NCBI GenBank assembly: GCA_964527915.1
Contig: CAZGNS010000001.1
Span: 1 to 54,965, forward strand
DNA: 54,965 bases
Origin: an uncultured Ignavibacterium sp.
Lineage (GTDB): Bacteria > Bacteroidota > Ignavibacteria > Tepidaquicellales > Tepidaquicellaceae
Reading direction: 5' to 3'
Of the stretch, positions 45,436 to 54,965 are shown piece by piece. Positions within the stretch are counted from its first letter, which is position 1; the number at the start of each line of letters is the position of its first letter. A program made the position numbers and the translations under genes. The notes beneath the pieces are model-generated. The model was not told the DNA's origin. It worked only from the letters and a program-made list of their open reading frames with translations, and did not search any database.

Positions 45436-47445
45436 ATGTTTTTCGCATTTCCTTATTTTTTATACGGGCTTTTTCTGGTAAGCATTCCGATTGCTCTTCA
45501 TCTGATTAACAGGAGCAGAGCAGACAAAATGCAGTTCAGCTCTTTGCTTTTTGTAAGACAGATAAATCAGTCCGATATAAAAAAACTTAAATTAAAAGAT
45601 TTGATTCTTCTAATGCTGAGAATTCTTTTTATTGTCTGCGTTGTACTTGCATTTTCGGGGCTGCACATTAAGCCACAAAAGGGGTTGCCGGGCAATGAAA
45701 AGAGTAAAACAGTTATCATTCAGGATGATTCTTATAGTATAAGTCATGACAGTTTATTGCAAAAGCAATTTAAGATTCAGGATGAGTTACAAAGATTATT
45801 CTCGGACGAATTTATTTTTAAAGTGTATAAATCATCAGAAATATTAACGGGTGAAAAGACAGATGAACTTAAGCCGTCACTTTTGACTGCTGATTATTCT
45901 TCAATATTTGCATGCCTTACGGATAAAGCGGATAATATAGTTTTATTCAGCGACCGTCAGGCAGTAAATTTCAGGAATAAAATAAATAATTCCGAAAAAT
46001 ATAATCCGAACATTATTTTATTTGACGTTTCTGAAAAAGATATTAATAATATAGGTATATCATCTTTAAAACCTGAATCTTCTTTTTGGGATAAATCGGC
46101 AATAGGAACTTTTATTCTTAAAATAAAAAATTTTAATAATTATGATGTTCCTGATATATCGGTAAATATTTTTGTTAATGATATTCAGCAGTCGGGTAAA
46201 AATATATCGGTTAATGCAAATCAGGAGAAAGAACTCTCGTTTGAAGTCGGACCGCAGAATAAGGATTATCTGAATATTAGAGTCAGTATATCATGTGATG
46301 AAATGTCGGATAACCTTAAAGAAGATGATGAGGCATTCTGCTCACTTAATTTCAGGAAGAGCATAAATGTGGGAATAATCGGAGGTAAAAACGGAAATAA
46401 TAAATATCTTCTTGCTGCGATTAAATCACTTCAGCAAAACGGAAATATAATTTATCCGAATGTGATTAATAATTTAAATGATATTAACAGTTATGATGCA
46501 CTGATGATTTATGATGACTTTGTGTTAAATGATAATGATTTAAGACAACTTACAACTTATATAAACGGCGGTAAGGGAATATTTCTTTTTCTGACAATGA
46601 ACTCGGATATTGTTAATCTGAATAAACTTTTATCCGAATATATAAATTCAGTGAAGATTGATAGAATCAGCGGCGTTGATTCTTCAATTAATGAAGTTAC
46701 TATTGAACCAAATCATCCTTTATACAAAGGGATTTTTACGAATAAGAAAGAAGAATTTTCAATTGGAAATATAAAAAATATTTATTCGGTTTTGCCAAGT
46801 GCAAATTCATTTCCAATTATGAAACTGAAAGACGGCAGACCCGTCATACTTGAAACAAACACGAATGCGGGAAGATTACTAATCAGTACTATATCTCCTG
46901 ATGAAACTATGTCTTCATTTGCAGAGAATGATATCTTTGCACCAATTATTAACAGGTCAATATTTTATCTCAGCTCGGATATAGGAAGTGATGAATATAA
47001 TATTGCAGGCAAAAATAATTTTTTTGTCTATGGAAGTAACAACGGAAAAGTTATTATATCAAATCCAGCAGGACAAAAGAAGGAAATTCTACTGCCGTCA
47101 AAGTCAGATAAAAATATTTTCAGTATTCCGATTTCTGATTTCTTTTTGCAAAAAGGAATATACAAAGTAAGTGATTCAATGGGAGAGAATCCGGAATATT
47201 TTTCAATGAACGCTGATATCAATGAGGGCAGCCTTCTCAGGAATGATGATAGGGATATAATAAATTATTTTGCAGGCAGCGGTCTGGAAAATGTGAGTAT
47301 TGTAAAAAGTCTTTCTGAACTTGAAAAATCTCTTACACAGATTAGAAAGGGAACTGACCTTACGTCAATATTTCTGATACTTGGAATTATATTTTTAATC
47401 AGTGAGATTATGTTTAATTTATTATATAAAAAAATAAAACGATAA
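45436..47445 (+). CDS. Membrane protein with N-terminal double-TM (BatA-N-like) domain and a C-terminal anchor
   Basis: 669 aa. FAFPYFLYGLFLVSIPIALHLINRSR matches the N-terminal double-transmembrane motif as I remember it. C-terminal TM helix LTSIFLILGIIFLISEIMF. Confidence 0.6.
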   Translation: MFFAFPYFLYGLFLVSIPIALHLINRSRADKMQFSSLLFVRQINQSDIKKLKLKDLILLMLRILFIVCVVLAFSGLHIKPQKGLPGNEKSKTVIIQDDSYSISHDSLLQKQFKIQDELQRLFSDEFIFKVYKSSEILTGEKTDELKPSLLTADYSSIFACLTDKADNIVLFSDRQAVNFRNKINNSEKYNPNIILFDVSEKDINNIGISSLKPESSFWDKSAIGTFILKIKNFNNYDVPDISVNIFVNDIQQSGKNISVNANQEKELSFEVGPQNKDYLNIRVSISCDEMSDNLKEDDEAFCSLNFRKSINVGIIGGKNGNNKYLLAAIKSLQQNGNIIYPNVINNLNDINSYDALMIYDDFVLNDNDLRQLTTYINGGKGIFLFLTMNSDIVNLNKLLSEYINSVKIDRISGVDSSINEVTIEPNHPLYKGIFTNKKEEFSIGNIKNIYSVLPSANSFPIMKLKDGRPVILETNTNAGRLLISTISPDETMSSFAENDIFAPIINRSIFYLSSDIGSDEYNIAGKNNFFVYGSNNGKVIISNPAGQKKEILLPSKSDKNIFSIPISDFFLQKGIYKVSDSMGENPEYFSMNADINEGSLLRNDDRDIINYFAGSGLENVSIVKSLSELEKSLTQIRKGTDLTSIFLILGIIFLISEIMFNLLYKKIKR

Positions 47446-47449
47446 TATA

Positions 47450-47818
47450 ATGGAGCCGGACTTATATAATATAAATCAGAATAAAATAGGAAGCCTTGCA
47501 ATAATATCTTTTGTATTTTCCATAATAAGCTATATCTTCTGTCCGATTATCGGAGGAATAGTTGCAGTGATATGCGGAGCAGTTGAACTAGATAATATTA
47601 ACAGGAAAATATCCTCTGCGAACGGAAAGGTATTCGCTTTAATAGGACTTTGGCTGGGTATAGTGAATATAGTTATTTTTGTGGGATTTATACTATTTCT
47701 GATTTTCTTTTCTTCTGATGTAATATACTGGATAAGAAAGTTTTTTGATACAGGCGACGAAATAAATGTTATCTACAGTAGCTTAGTCAATAGTTTCACT
47801 GTAATCGCCGATATTTAA
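47450..47818 (+). CDS. Small membrane protein, DUF4190-like
   Basis: 122 aa. Two long hydrophobic segments with GG..A..CG and GLWLGIVN patterns. Confidence 0.5.
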   Translation: MEPDLYNINQNKIGSLAIISFVFSIISYIFCPIIGGIVAVICGAVELDNINRKISSANGKVFALIGLWLGIVNIVIFVGFILFLIFFSSDVIYWIRKFFDTGDEINVIYSSLVNSFTVIADI

Positions 47819-48769
47819 TTCTTTCATTTTTCCCGATACCACCGAATGCTCGCCAACTAATGTATTTGCAAGAATAGAATTTTCTATTGTTGCATAATCA
47901 TCTATTATAGAATTTTTTATAATTGAATTTCTGATAATGCAGTGATTTCCCACTGTAACATTTTCTCCTATGATGCAATTATCAAGCACTGTGTTTGCTC
48001 CTATGAATACAGGGTCTTTGATAAGTGCGCCGGGAATTTTATATCTCAAATTAAATTTATGAAGCAGATAACTGTTGGTTTCAAGTATAGTTTCTACCTT
48101 GCCGCAATCCAACCAGCCGTCAACGTAATAAGGGCAGAACTTCTCTCCGCTTTCAAGCAGTAAAGTTAATGCATCTGTCAACTGAAATTCACCTTTTGTT
48201 CTTATTCCCTTGTTGATTAGTCTATCAAGTGAATCAAAAAGATTATCCGAATTTTTCAGATAATAAATTCCTACAATTGCATCGTTTGAAGGAGAGACAT
48301 CTTTACTAGCAGGCTTTTCAACAAAACCCGAAATTCTGTTGTCCCTGATTTCCGCAACTCCGAATCTCCGCGGGTCCTGTACTTTTTTCAGCCCGATAAC
48401 CGAATGCTCGCAGTCTGTAAGGTCACGCAGATTAACATCAAAAAGTGTATCTCCAAGAATTATCAGTACATCTTCATTTTTCTTTATGCTGCCTTTTGCG
48501 CAACTGATAGCATGCCCTAATCCGATTGCTTCCTGCTGCATAGGAAAACTGAATTTAAAATCGAAAGTACCTGTTACATAATCTATGATTTTATTGCTCA
48601 TCGTACCTACAATCATAATGATTTCATCAACTATCTGTTCTCTTATCAACTGCTCGATTATATAGTAAATCATAGGCTTTCCCGCTACATTCATAAGCAC
48701 TTTAGGCTTTGTTAGTGTATGCGGTCTTAATCTTGTTCCCGAACCTGCAACAGGTATAATCGCTTTCAT
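47783..48769 (-). CDS. Sugar-phosphate nucleotidyltransferase with C-terminal left-handed beta-helix
   Basis: MKAIIPVAGSGTRLRPHTLTKPK, followed by hexapeptide repeats (IGENVTVGNHCIIRNSIIKNSII). Confidence 0.8.
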   Translation of the reverse strand: MKAIIPVAGSGTRLRPHTLTKPKVLMNVAGKPMIYYIIEQLIREQIVDEIIMIVGTMSNKIIDYVTGTFDFKFSFPMQQEAIGLGHAISCAKGSIKKNEDVLIILGDTLFDVNLRDLTDCEHSVIGLKKVQDPRRFGVAEIRDNRISGFVEKPASKDVSPSNDAIVGIYYLKNSDNLFDSLDRLINKGIRTKGEFQLTDALTLLLESGEKFCPYYVDGWLDCGKVETILETNSYLLHKFNLRYKIPGALIKDPVFIGANTVLDNCIIGENVTVGNHCIIRNSIIKNSIIDDYATIENSILANTLVGEHSVVSGKMKELNIGDYSETID

Positions 48770-48772
48770 AAT

Positions 48773-51505
48773 TTATGAAATAAAAGTTTTTAAAATATTT
48801 TCAAAATTATCAAGTACTGCTTTTAGTCTGTTGATATCTTTTGCACCTGCGGTAGCTAAATTAGGTTTACCTCCACCTCCGCCTCCGAGTTCTTTTGCCA
48901 CAGCACCTACAATTTTTCCGGCATGGAGATTTTTTTCCTTTATCAGATTATCGGATACACTGCATACAATATTTATTTTCCCGTCGACAACTGTGGCTAC
49001 AACGCCTACACCGTTCCTAAGCTTTGACTGGAGATGCTCTCCGACTTCTTTAAGTTCTTCCATACCCGATAAATTCATTTCGATGCTGAGTATTCTGAAA
49101 CCATCATAATCTTTTGCATTTAGAATCTGCTCGTCAAGTATTTTTAATGTATTCTGTAAATTTTGTTTAAATGCTTTTTTTGCTTCGGACTTTTTTTCTT
49201 CTTCATATTGCTTCTTAATCCGCGATATTTCCAGATTCATTTCTCTTTGTCTGTCTGCAATAGAGCTGAAAGTGTCTGCATCGCCGTAAGTGGTGCTGAT
49301 AAATTTATCTTTTAATGAAATCATTTCTTCTCTGATTTCATTTACATATTTATCAGGCAATGAATTAAGTTCACTCTCAATTTTTTCGAAATTATCTTTT
49401 ATCAGATTTAATGCCTCTTTGCCTGTCTTTGCAAAAATTCTTCTTACTCCTGAAGATACACTTTCTTCTTTTGTTATGATAAATAATCCAATGTCGTTTG
49501 TATTTGATACGTGCGTTCCGCCGCAGAGCTCAGAACTGAAGCCATCTCCGACTTTAATAACCCTTACAAGGCTTCCGTATGTATCACCGAAAAACATTTT
49601 TACATTTGGAATTTTTTGTGCTTCCGTAATTGGTATATCATTAAGAACATTTACCTGCAGAGCTTCTTTTATTTTCTGATTGACTATTTTTTCAATCTGT
49701 CCAAGCTCTTCTTTTTCAGGCTTTTTGAAATGAGGAAAGTCAAATCTCAGATACTCATCCGTTACAAGAGAACCCATCTGTTTTATATGGCTGCCAAGAA
49801 CCTTTTGTAAGGCATAATGCAGCAGATGTGTCGCCGTGTGGTTACGTTGAATTGCCTGCCTTCTTTCGTAATCAAATTTTATTGTAGCATTACCGAGCGG
49901 AATTTCTTTTTTCTCCGGATTCTTAACATAAACGAAATATTTATCTGTAACATTTATAATCGGCAGCGAAAGCCCGTTAATATTGAGCGTACCCAAATCG
50001 CTAATCTGTCCGCCACCTTCCGAATATAAGGGATTATTCCTGAATATCACAATTGATATGTCATTTTCTGAATCATTTATCACTTTTACAATCTCTACAT
50101 TTATGTTTTCACCTTTGCTGTCATAGGGGTCGTATGAAATATCAAGACCTTTTATTTGTTCTTCAAGTGAAACTTTATCTTTATCAATCTGTACTGAATC
50201 ATTTTTTCTAGCGTTACGTGCCCTGTCTTTCTGGATTTCCATTTCTTCATTGAATTTATCCATATCGACAGTCATGCCCTTCTCACGGGCTATTATCTGA
50301 GTTAAGTCAATAGGGAATCCATATGTATCATATAGTTTGAAAGCCTTATCTCCGGGAAAAATTTTTTCATTCGTTTTTGCAAGCTCTTCAGAGACCTGAT
50401 TGAAAAGCTCAAGACCTTTATCAAGAGTAGCGTGAAAACTTTTTTCTTCGGACAATATAATTTCTTTAATCAGTTCGGACTTTTCTTTTACTTCGGGGAA
50501 TATATCTTCATAAATTCCGCTTACCGTATCAACCAGTAGATATAATAAAGGTTTTTCAAAATTAAGTTTTCTGCCAAGCCGCGATGCTCTTCTTAGAATT
50601 CTTCTCAGTACATACCCTCTGCCTTCGTTTGAAGGTATTGCACCGTCGGCAATTGCAAAACACAGGCATCTTATATGGTCTGCGATAGTATTGAATACAG
50701 GTATATTATCGCCTGTATAATTTTTGCCGGTTAGCGACTTTATTTTATCAATGATAGTAGTAAAAATATCAATCTCGTAATTATTACTTTTTTTCTGAAG
50801 AACTCTTACAATCCTTTCAAGTCCCATTCCTGTGTCGACGTGCTTTGAAGGTAAAGGATGCAGCTCGCCGTTTTCATCACGATTATATTGAATGAAAACC
50901 AGATTCCATATTTCAACGACAGAATCATTATCAGCATTTACGTCTTTTTCTGAACAACCGTTTTCCGTAAAATCATAATGTATCTCTGAACAAGGTCCGC
51001 ATGGTCCTGTTTGTCCCATTTCCCAGAAATTATCTTTATCGCCGAAAACTAAAATATGAGATTTATCAATATCCGTCTTTGTTTCCCAGAATAATTTTGC
51101 TTCATCATCAGTGTAGTGAATAGTTGCCCAGAGCCGTTCTTTAGGGAGTTTCCAGACATCAGTCAGAAGTTCCCAAGCCCATTGAATTGCTTCTCCTTTA
51201 TAGTAGTCACCGAAAGACCAGTTACCAAGCATTTCAAAAAAAGTGTGGTGTCTGCCGTCCATGCCAACATCTTCAAGGTCATTATGTTTACCGCCTGCTC
51301 TTATGCATTTCTGAGTATCAACTGCTCTGGTGTATTCACGTTTTCCTTTCCCGAGAAATACGTCTTTGAACTGATTCATTCCTGCATTTGTAAAAAGTAA
51401 TGTGGGGTCATCAAATGGTACAACCGGTGCGGAAGGAACGCGGGTGTGATTTTTATCTTCAAAAAATTTTAAAAATGATTCTCTGATTTGTTTTGTTGTC
51501 AACAA
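48773..51505 (-). CDS. alaS: Alanine--tRNA ligase
   Basis: 910 aa. FTNAGMNQFK, GNWSFGDYYK, the editing-domain HTATHLL...CGGTH motif, and C-terminal GGGGGGKPNLA. TTG start at 51503-51505. Confidence 0.92.
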   Translation of the reverse strand: MLTTKQIRESFLKFFEDKNHTRVPSAPVVPFDDPTLLFTNAGMNQFKDVFLGKGKREYTRAVDTQKCIRAGGKHNDLEDVGMDGRHHTFFEMLGNWSFGDYYKGEAIQWAWELLTDVWKLPKERLWATIHYTDDEAKLFWETKTDIDKSHILVFGDKDNFWEMGQTGPCGPCSEIHYDFTENGCSEKDVNADNDSVVEIWNLVFIQYNRDENGELHPLPSKHVDTGMGLERIVRVLQKKSNNYEIDIFTTIIDKIKSLTGKNYTGDNIPVFNTIADHIRCLCFAIADGAIPSNEGRGYVLRRILRRASRLGRKLNFEKPLLYLLVDTVSGIYEDIFPEVKEKSELIKEIILSEEKSFHATLDKGLELFNQVSEELAKTNEKIFPGDKAFKLYDTYGFPIDLTQIIAREKGMTVDMDKFNEEMEIQKDRARNARKNDSVQIDKDKVSLEEQIKGLDISYDPYDSKGENINVEIVKVINDSENDISIVIFRNNPLYSEGGGQISDLGTLNINGLSLPIINVTDKYFVYVKNPEKKEIPLGNATIKFDYERRQAIQRNHTATHLLHYALQKVLGSHIKQMGSLVTDEYLRFDFPHFKKPEKEELGQIEKIVNQKIKEALQVNVLNDIPITEAQKIPNVKMFFGDTYGSLVRVIKVGDGFSSELCGGTHVSNTNDIGLFIITKEESVSSGVRRIFAKTGKEALNLIKDNFEKIESELNSLPDKYVNEIREEMISLKDKFISTTYGDADTFSSIADRQREMNLEISRIKKQYEEEKKSEAKKAFKQNLQNTLKILDEQILNAKDYDGFRILSIEMNLSGMEELKEVGEHLQSKLRNGVGVVATVVDGKINIVCSVSDNLIKEKNLHAGKIVGAVAKELGGGGGGKPNLATAGAKDINRLKAVLDNFENILKTFIS

Positions 51506-51616
51506 TTTATTCCGATTTTATTAAAGAATTTATTCAATATAAAACATAAATATTTTTCTTCATTTATCCGCAATTTCGTTACAGATAAAATATTTATTTT
51601 TAGTGAAAGAAAAAAA

Positions 51617-52909
51617 TTATGAAGCAACCTGCTTTTTATTCGTGTTCAGATACATAGGCTCTTTTTGATATCTGATTACATCTTCGGTGATTATGCAATG
51701 AGTAACATTCTGCTTTGAAGGAACTTTATACATAATATCCATAAGAGCATTTTCAAGTATTGCCCTGAGAGCACGAGCTCCCGTTCCTTTATCAATCGCA
51801 ATTTCGGCGACAGCCTCAAGTGCTTCTTCTTTGAACTCAAGCTCAATATTTTCCATCCTGAAAAGTTTTTTAAATTGCTTTACTACGGCATTTTTCGGTT
51901 TTGTCAGAATATTCAGCAGTGCATATTTATCAAGGCTGTCCAAAGAAGTAATGATGGGAAGTCTTCCAACAAGTTCAGGTATGATTCCGAATTTTACGAG
52001 GTCATCAGGTTCAGCGTGTGATAAAATTTCATCTTTTGTAATATCTTTTTTCCCATGCAATACCGACCCGAAACCGATTGAACTTGAAGCAATACGCTTT
52101 TCAATAATTTTCTCAAGTCCGTCAAAAGCACCGCCGCATATAAATAAAATATTTTTTGTATTCAGATAAATCAAAGGCTGTTCCGGATGCTTTCTGCCGC
52201 CTTTCGGAGGTACACCCGCAATTGTCCCTTCTATAATTTTCAGTAGTGCCTGCTGAACGCCTTCACCCGAGACATCTCTTGTGATTGAAACATTTTCACT
52301 TTTGCGAGATATTTTGTCGATTTCATCAAGATATATTATACCCCTTTCAGCTTTTTGTACATCATAATTTGCATTCTGTAAAAGCCTGACAAGTATAGAT
52401 TCTACATCATCACCGACATAACCTGCTTCGGTGAGAGTCGTCGCATCGGCGATGGCAAACGGTACATTTAGAAATTTAGCCAAAGTCTGCGCCAGATAAG
52501 TCTTTCCCGTACCCGTCGAACCAATCAGAAGAACATTACTCTTTTCAATTTCAACTTCGTCAAGCACAGAAAATTCACCCGAGTCGATTCTTTTGTAATG
52601 ATTATAGACAGCCACTGCCAGAGACTTTTTAGCCCTATCCTGACCGATTACGTATTCATCAAGAAAAGCTTTTATACCTTCAGGAGTGAAATTGGATTTT
52701 AGTTTATCGATTGATTTATTAGAAGAATTTGCAACATTAAGTTTTATAATCTGCATAGCATTACCTACACAGATTTCACATATATACACGGGCTTTCCAT
52801 TGCTGTCTTCAGGTCCTTTAATCATATTCGTAACTTTATCTGCAGTTCTTCCGCAGAAAGAGCATCTTGGGTTTAAATTCGTCGATTTTGTGGGTGGTTT
52901 ATTTGCCAT
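51617..52909 (-). CDS. clpX: ATP-dependent Clp protease ATP-binding subunit ClpX
   Basis: N-terminal zinc finger CSFCG...CEIC, Walker A GSTGTGKT, Walker [10 protein letters not shown], and an IGFG-type loop. Confidence 0.92.
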   Translation of the reverse strand: MANKPPTKSTNLNPRCSFCGRTADKVTNMIKGPEDSNGKPVYICEICVGNAMQIIKLNVANSSNKSIDKLKSNFTPEGIKAFLDEYVIGQDRAKKSLAVAVYNHYKRIDSGEFSVLDEVEIEKSNVLLIGSTGTGKTYLAQTLAKFLNVPFAIADATTLTEAGYVGDDVESILVRLLQNANYDVQKAERGIIYLDEIDKISRKSENVSITRDVSGEGVQQALLKIIEGTIAGVPPKGGRKHPEQPLIYLNTKNILFICGGAFDGLEKIIEKRIASSSIGFGSVLHGKKDITKDEILSHAEPDDLVKFGIIPELVGRLPIITSLDSLDKYALLNILTKPKNAVVKQFKKLFRMENIELEFKEEALEAVAEIAIDKGTGARALRAILENALMDIMYKVPSKQNVTHCIITEDVIRYQKEPMYLNTNKKQVAS

Positions 52910-52933
52910 TATAAAAGATTAATTAAATAAGTG

Positions 52934-53015
52934 TGCGCAAAGGGGGAGTTGAACCCCCACGAGTTTCCTCGCCAGATCCTAAGTCTGGTGCGTCTGCCAG
53001 TTCCGCCATTCGCGC
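52934..53015 (-). tRNA. tRNA-Leu (anticodon UAG), class II with long variable arm
   Basis: Minus-strand read: GCGCGAA-TG-GCG-GAACTGGCAGA-CGC-A-CCAGA-CTTAGGA-TCTGG-CGAGGAAACTCGT-GGGGG-TTCAACT-CCCCC-TTTGCGC-A. Full cloverleaf. CCA is not encoded. Confidence 0.9.
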
Positions 53016-53121
53016 TTCTATCATATTATAAAATAATTTAAATCATTATAAAATGAAATACATAATATAATGTTCAAATTCAGAAACAAAAGAATTTATG
53101 TTAAAGATATAAAATCAGAAA

Positions 53122-53385
53122 TTAATCCTCAGGAGTAAAAAGTCCGTCGATATCAGATTCATTAATAATAAAAAGTTTTGAGCATCGCTCACCGTTAAAT
53201 CTACCGATTCGCACACAATTTTCATGAATCTTCTTGACATTTTCAGGTTTATCTGCTAGAGGGTCTAACCAAAATGCATCTAAATCACTATTGCATTCAG
53301 TACAAAACATCGGCTTTTCGCTTTCGGGTTGAAGGACAGTAGTTCTTTTTTTCTTTGGCTTATTTTTTTTTGAACCAGTTGGCAT
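53122..53385 (-). CDS. Hypothetical small protein with basic N-terminus and four cysteines
   Basis: 87 aa. KKNKPKKKR tail, CTEC plus C-x10-C (ENCVRIGRFNGERC). No family recognised. Confidence 0.45.
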   Translation of the reverse strand: MPTGSKKNKPKKKRTTVLQPESEKPMFCTECNSDLDAFWLDPLADKPENVKKIHENCVRIGRFNGERCSKLFIINESDIDGLFTPED

Positions 53386-53497
53386 TTTTATTTTTCTTTT
53401 CTAGTCATAACAAATGTTAAAGAAAAAAGTTCATACAAATACATCTATTTTTTATCTTATATAACTTATAATAAATTTTAAAAATATTACAGTCAAA

Positions 53498-53515
53498 ATG
53501 TAAATTAAATTACAT
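53498..53515. promoter_or_regulatory. 18-bp near-perfect palindrome, candidate MarR operator
   Basis: ATGTAAATTAAATTACAT: 8 of 9 arm positions pair. It lies 49 nt upstream of the marR-family ATG, in a divergent intergenic region. Confidence 0.35.
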
Positions 53516-53563
53516 TGAATCATAAAAACAAAAAATTTATATTTCTTTAATATATTATAATTT

Positions 53564-53983
53564 ATGAAAATAATTGAAGCCATCACATTATTAAAAAATG
53601 CGTGTTTGGTAAATGATGCGGCAATTCGTAAGAATCTGCATCTTACACCTGCGGAATTCAACGGTATTCTGGCAATTGAAGATTCTGAAGAAATCAGCTG
53701 TCAGACTTTGTCAAGAAAAATGGGACTATCTGTATCCAGAGGAAGCAGAGTTATAAACAAACTTATAGAAAAAAAATATTTCAGCGGAAAAAAACTTAAT
53801 AATGACAAAAGATGCAGTCAGATTTCTCTTACGGATAAAGGTATTAAGGCGCGTGAAGAGATATTGGAAATGATTGATGAGTGTGAAAAAAAAATAACGG
53901 CTATCCTTACTGAATCACAAGTGAATGAAACAAAAAAATGTCTCAATAGACTGATAGACATTTTTGAAAGTCAGAACTCTTAA
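53564..53983 (+). CDS. MarR-family transcriptional regulator
   Basis: 139 aa. Winged-helix core LSRKMGLSVSRGSRVINKLIEKKY...D.R...I.LT.KG. Confidence 0.75.
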   Translation: MKIIEAITLLKNACLVNDAAIRKNLHLTPAEFNGILAIEDSEEISCQTLSRKMGLSVSRGSRVINKLIEKKYFSGKKLNNDKRCSQISLTDKGIKAREEILEMIDECEKKITAILTESQVNETKKCLNRLIDIFESQNS

Positions 53984-54006
53984 TTTTATCTTTATTGATT
54001 TTATAA

Positions 54007-54039
54007 GCCGGCATAAAATTATTTATGTCGGCTTTTTTT
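54007..54039 (+). terminator. Rho-independent terminator after marR
   Basis: GCCGGCATA (54007-54015) pairs with TATGTCGGC (54024-54032; one G-T), followed by TTTTTTT. Confidence 0.7.
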
Positions 54040-54134
54040 ATCTGATGTTCGCAGGAAATCCCGGGTTTAATATATTCCCGCAATTAACTTGAATATAATT
54101 TTTATATTTATTTCTTTGAATTAAAAAATCCGAT

Positions 54135-54674
54135 ATGGAGCATAACAGAAAAAAATCTTTTCAAGGATTAATTACTCTATGTATTTTTGCAATTGCTTTC
54201 GCTCTTCTCGAAGCCAGCGTAGTGATTTATCTGCGTAAACTTTTTAACTTCGATACTCAATATGTTACGCAACCGGTAAAAGTTCTTCTGAACCTTGGTT
54301 TTATCGCATTTCTTTCCCCGGGTACTATTATCTTCCCTGATAAATATATTTTGTATGTTGAAATACTTCGTGAGGCAAGTACAATAATTATTTTACTCGC
54401 GGTTGCCATTTTATCTGCAAAAAATCTGAAAGCGCGTCTAGGTGCTTTTCTAATAGCATTTTCCATCTGGGATATCTTATATTATTTTTTTCTGCGGATA
54501 CTAGCAGGCTGGCCAAAAAGTCTCTTTGATATTGATATTTACTTTTTAATACCTGTGCCTTGGGTAGGTCCCGTAATTTCTCCCCTTGTAATATTTACTT
54601 TGCTTCTCTTTCTTGGGTTATATCTATATCTGAAACCCGCGGGAAAAGTATTGCTTAATCATGAAAGTAAATAA
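54135..54674 (+). CDS. Hypothetical integral membrane protein
   Basis: 179 aa, about 5 TM helices. No family recognised. Confidence 0.55.
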   Translation: MEHNRKKSFQGLITLCIFAIAFALLEASVVIYLRKLFNFDTQYVTQPVKVLLNLGFIAFLSPGTIIFPDKYILYVEILREASTIIILLAVAILSAKNLKARLGAFLIAFSIWDILYYFFLRILAGWPKSLFDIDIYFLIPVPWVGPVISPLVIFTLLLFLGLYLYLKPAGKVLLNHESK

Positions 54675-54726
54675 AAATCTTTTAAATTTATAAAGATTTT
54701 TTAACTGAATTTCTCTGAAGAATAAT

Positions 54727-54965
54727 TTAATCATCATCGATTTTTCTTTTAAATTTGTACATACAATTTTGACAGTCATTATATTCTTTCCTGCTGATTT
54801 CTTTTGAATATGCTGAGGAAAGAATACTTGTCGGTAATATTATAAAACTTAATCCTAATATTGCTATAAAAATTGTAAATATTTTACCTAATAAAGTAAC
54901 TGGATAGATATCACCATAACCAACTGAAGTTAATGTAATTACAGACCAGTAGAAATAATCAGGGA
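54727..54965 (-). CDS. Potassium channel, C-terminal fragment (pore helix, selectivity filter, inner helix); the 5' part lies beyond the window end
   Basis: Edge-open ORF not in the track. My translation reads PDYFYWSVITLTSVGYGDIYPVTLLGKIFTIFIAILGLSFIILPTSILSSAYSKEISRKEYNDCQNCMYKFKRKIDDD*. T(S/V)GYGD is the K+ selectivity filter. Confidence 0.8.
   Translation of the reverse strand, partial: PDYFYWSVITLTSVGYGDIYPVTLLGKIFTIFIAILGLSFIILPTSILSSAYSKEISRKEYNDCQNCMYKFKRKIDDD

Noticed and set aside
54040-54134. Imperfect inverted repeat GCAGGAA...TTCCCGC upstream of the 179-aa membrane protein gene
   Set aside because: 7-bp arms with a mismatch and a 21-nt loop are not distinguishable from chance.

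Overview
Visibly AT-rich, densely packed 55 kb chromosomal segment with about 50 CDS and one tRNA. Most gaps between genes are under 120 bp. Content is mostly core housekeeping. It includes an LPS-core/O-antigen cluster (GT2, MsbA-like ABC exporter, O-antigen ligase), nadK, gcvH, the DUF177-rpmF-plsX block, rpmB, tgt, yajC, ribBA, greA, MlaD, and a PorQ-like beta-barrel. It also includes the methylmalonyl-CoA mutase catalytic subunit, an S9 peptidase, glcD-like oxidase, nadC, lexA, purB, thiamine pyrophosphokinase, alaS, clpX and tRNA-Leu(UAG). Gene content (PorQ-like T9SS barrel, DUF4295-like peptide next to rpmB, PDZ-SpoIIE membrane phosphatases, patatin-Omp85 fusion) plus clear AGGAG-type ribosome-binding sites suggests a member of the Fibrobacteres-Chlorobi-Bacteroidetes group, possibly Ignavibacteria-like. 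That placement is inference only. I see no rRNA, CRISPR array, transposase, integrase, phage genes or recognisable defence genes, and no clear-cut new multi-gene system. The most unusual items are five. (1) An 840-bp divergent intergenic region (21650-22487) is filled with two interleaved families of GC-rich hairpin repeats that show compensatory stem substitutions. (2) A clpB gene stops after NBD1, inside the M-domain, and has its own intrinsic terminator. (3) Two overlapping tandem genes encode PDZ / polytopic-membrane / GAF / SpoIIE-PP2C proteins, and one has a degenerate metal-binding motif. (4) An uncharacterised ~110-aa domain is present in two secreted or membrane-anchored paralogues. 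(5) A cytoplasmic PAS kinase with atypical H and G1 boxes, a sigma-54 activator and a double zinc-ribbon peptide are tightly packed ahead of NamZ. All family assignments come from motif recognition in the supplied translations; no database search was possible.
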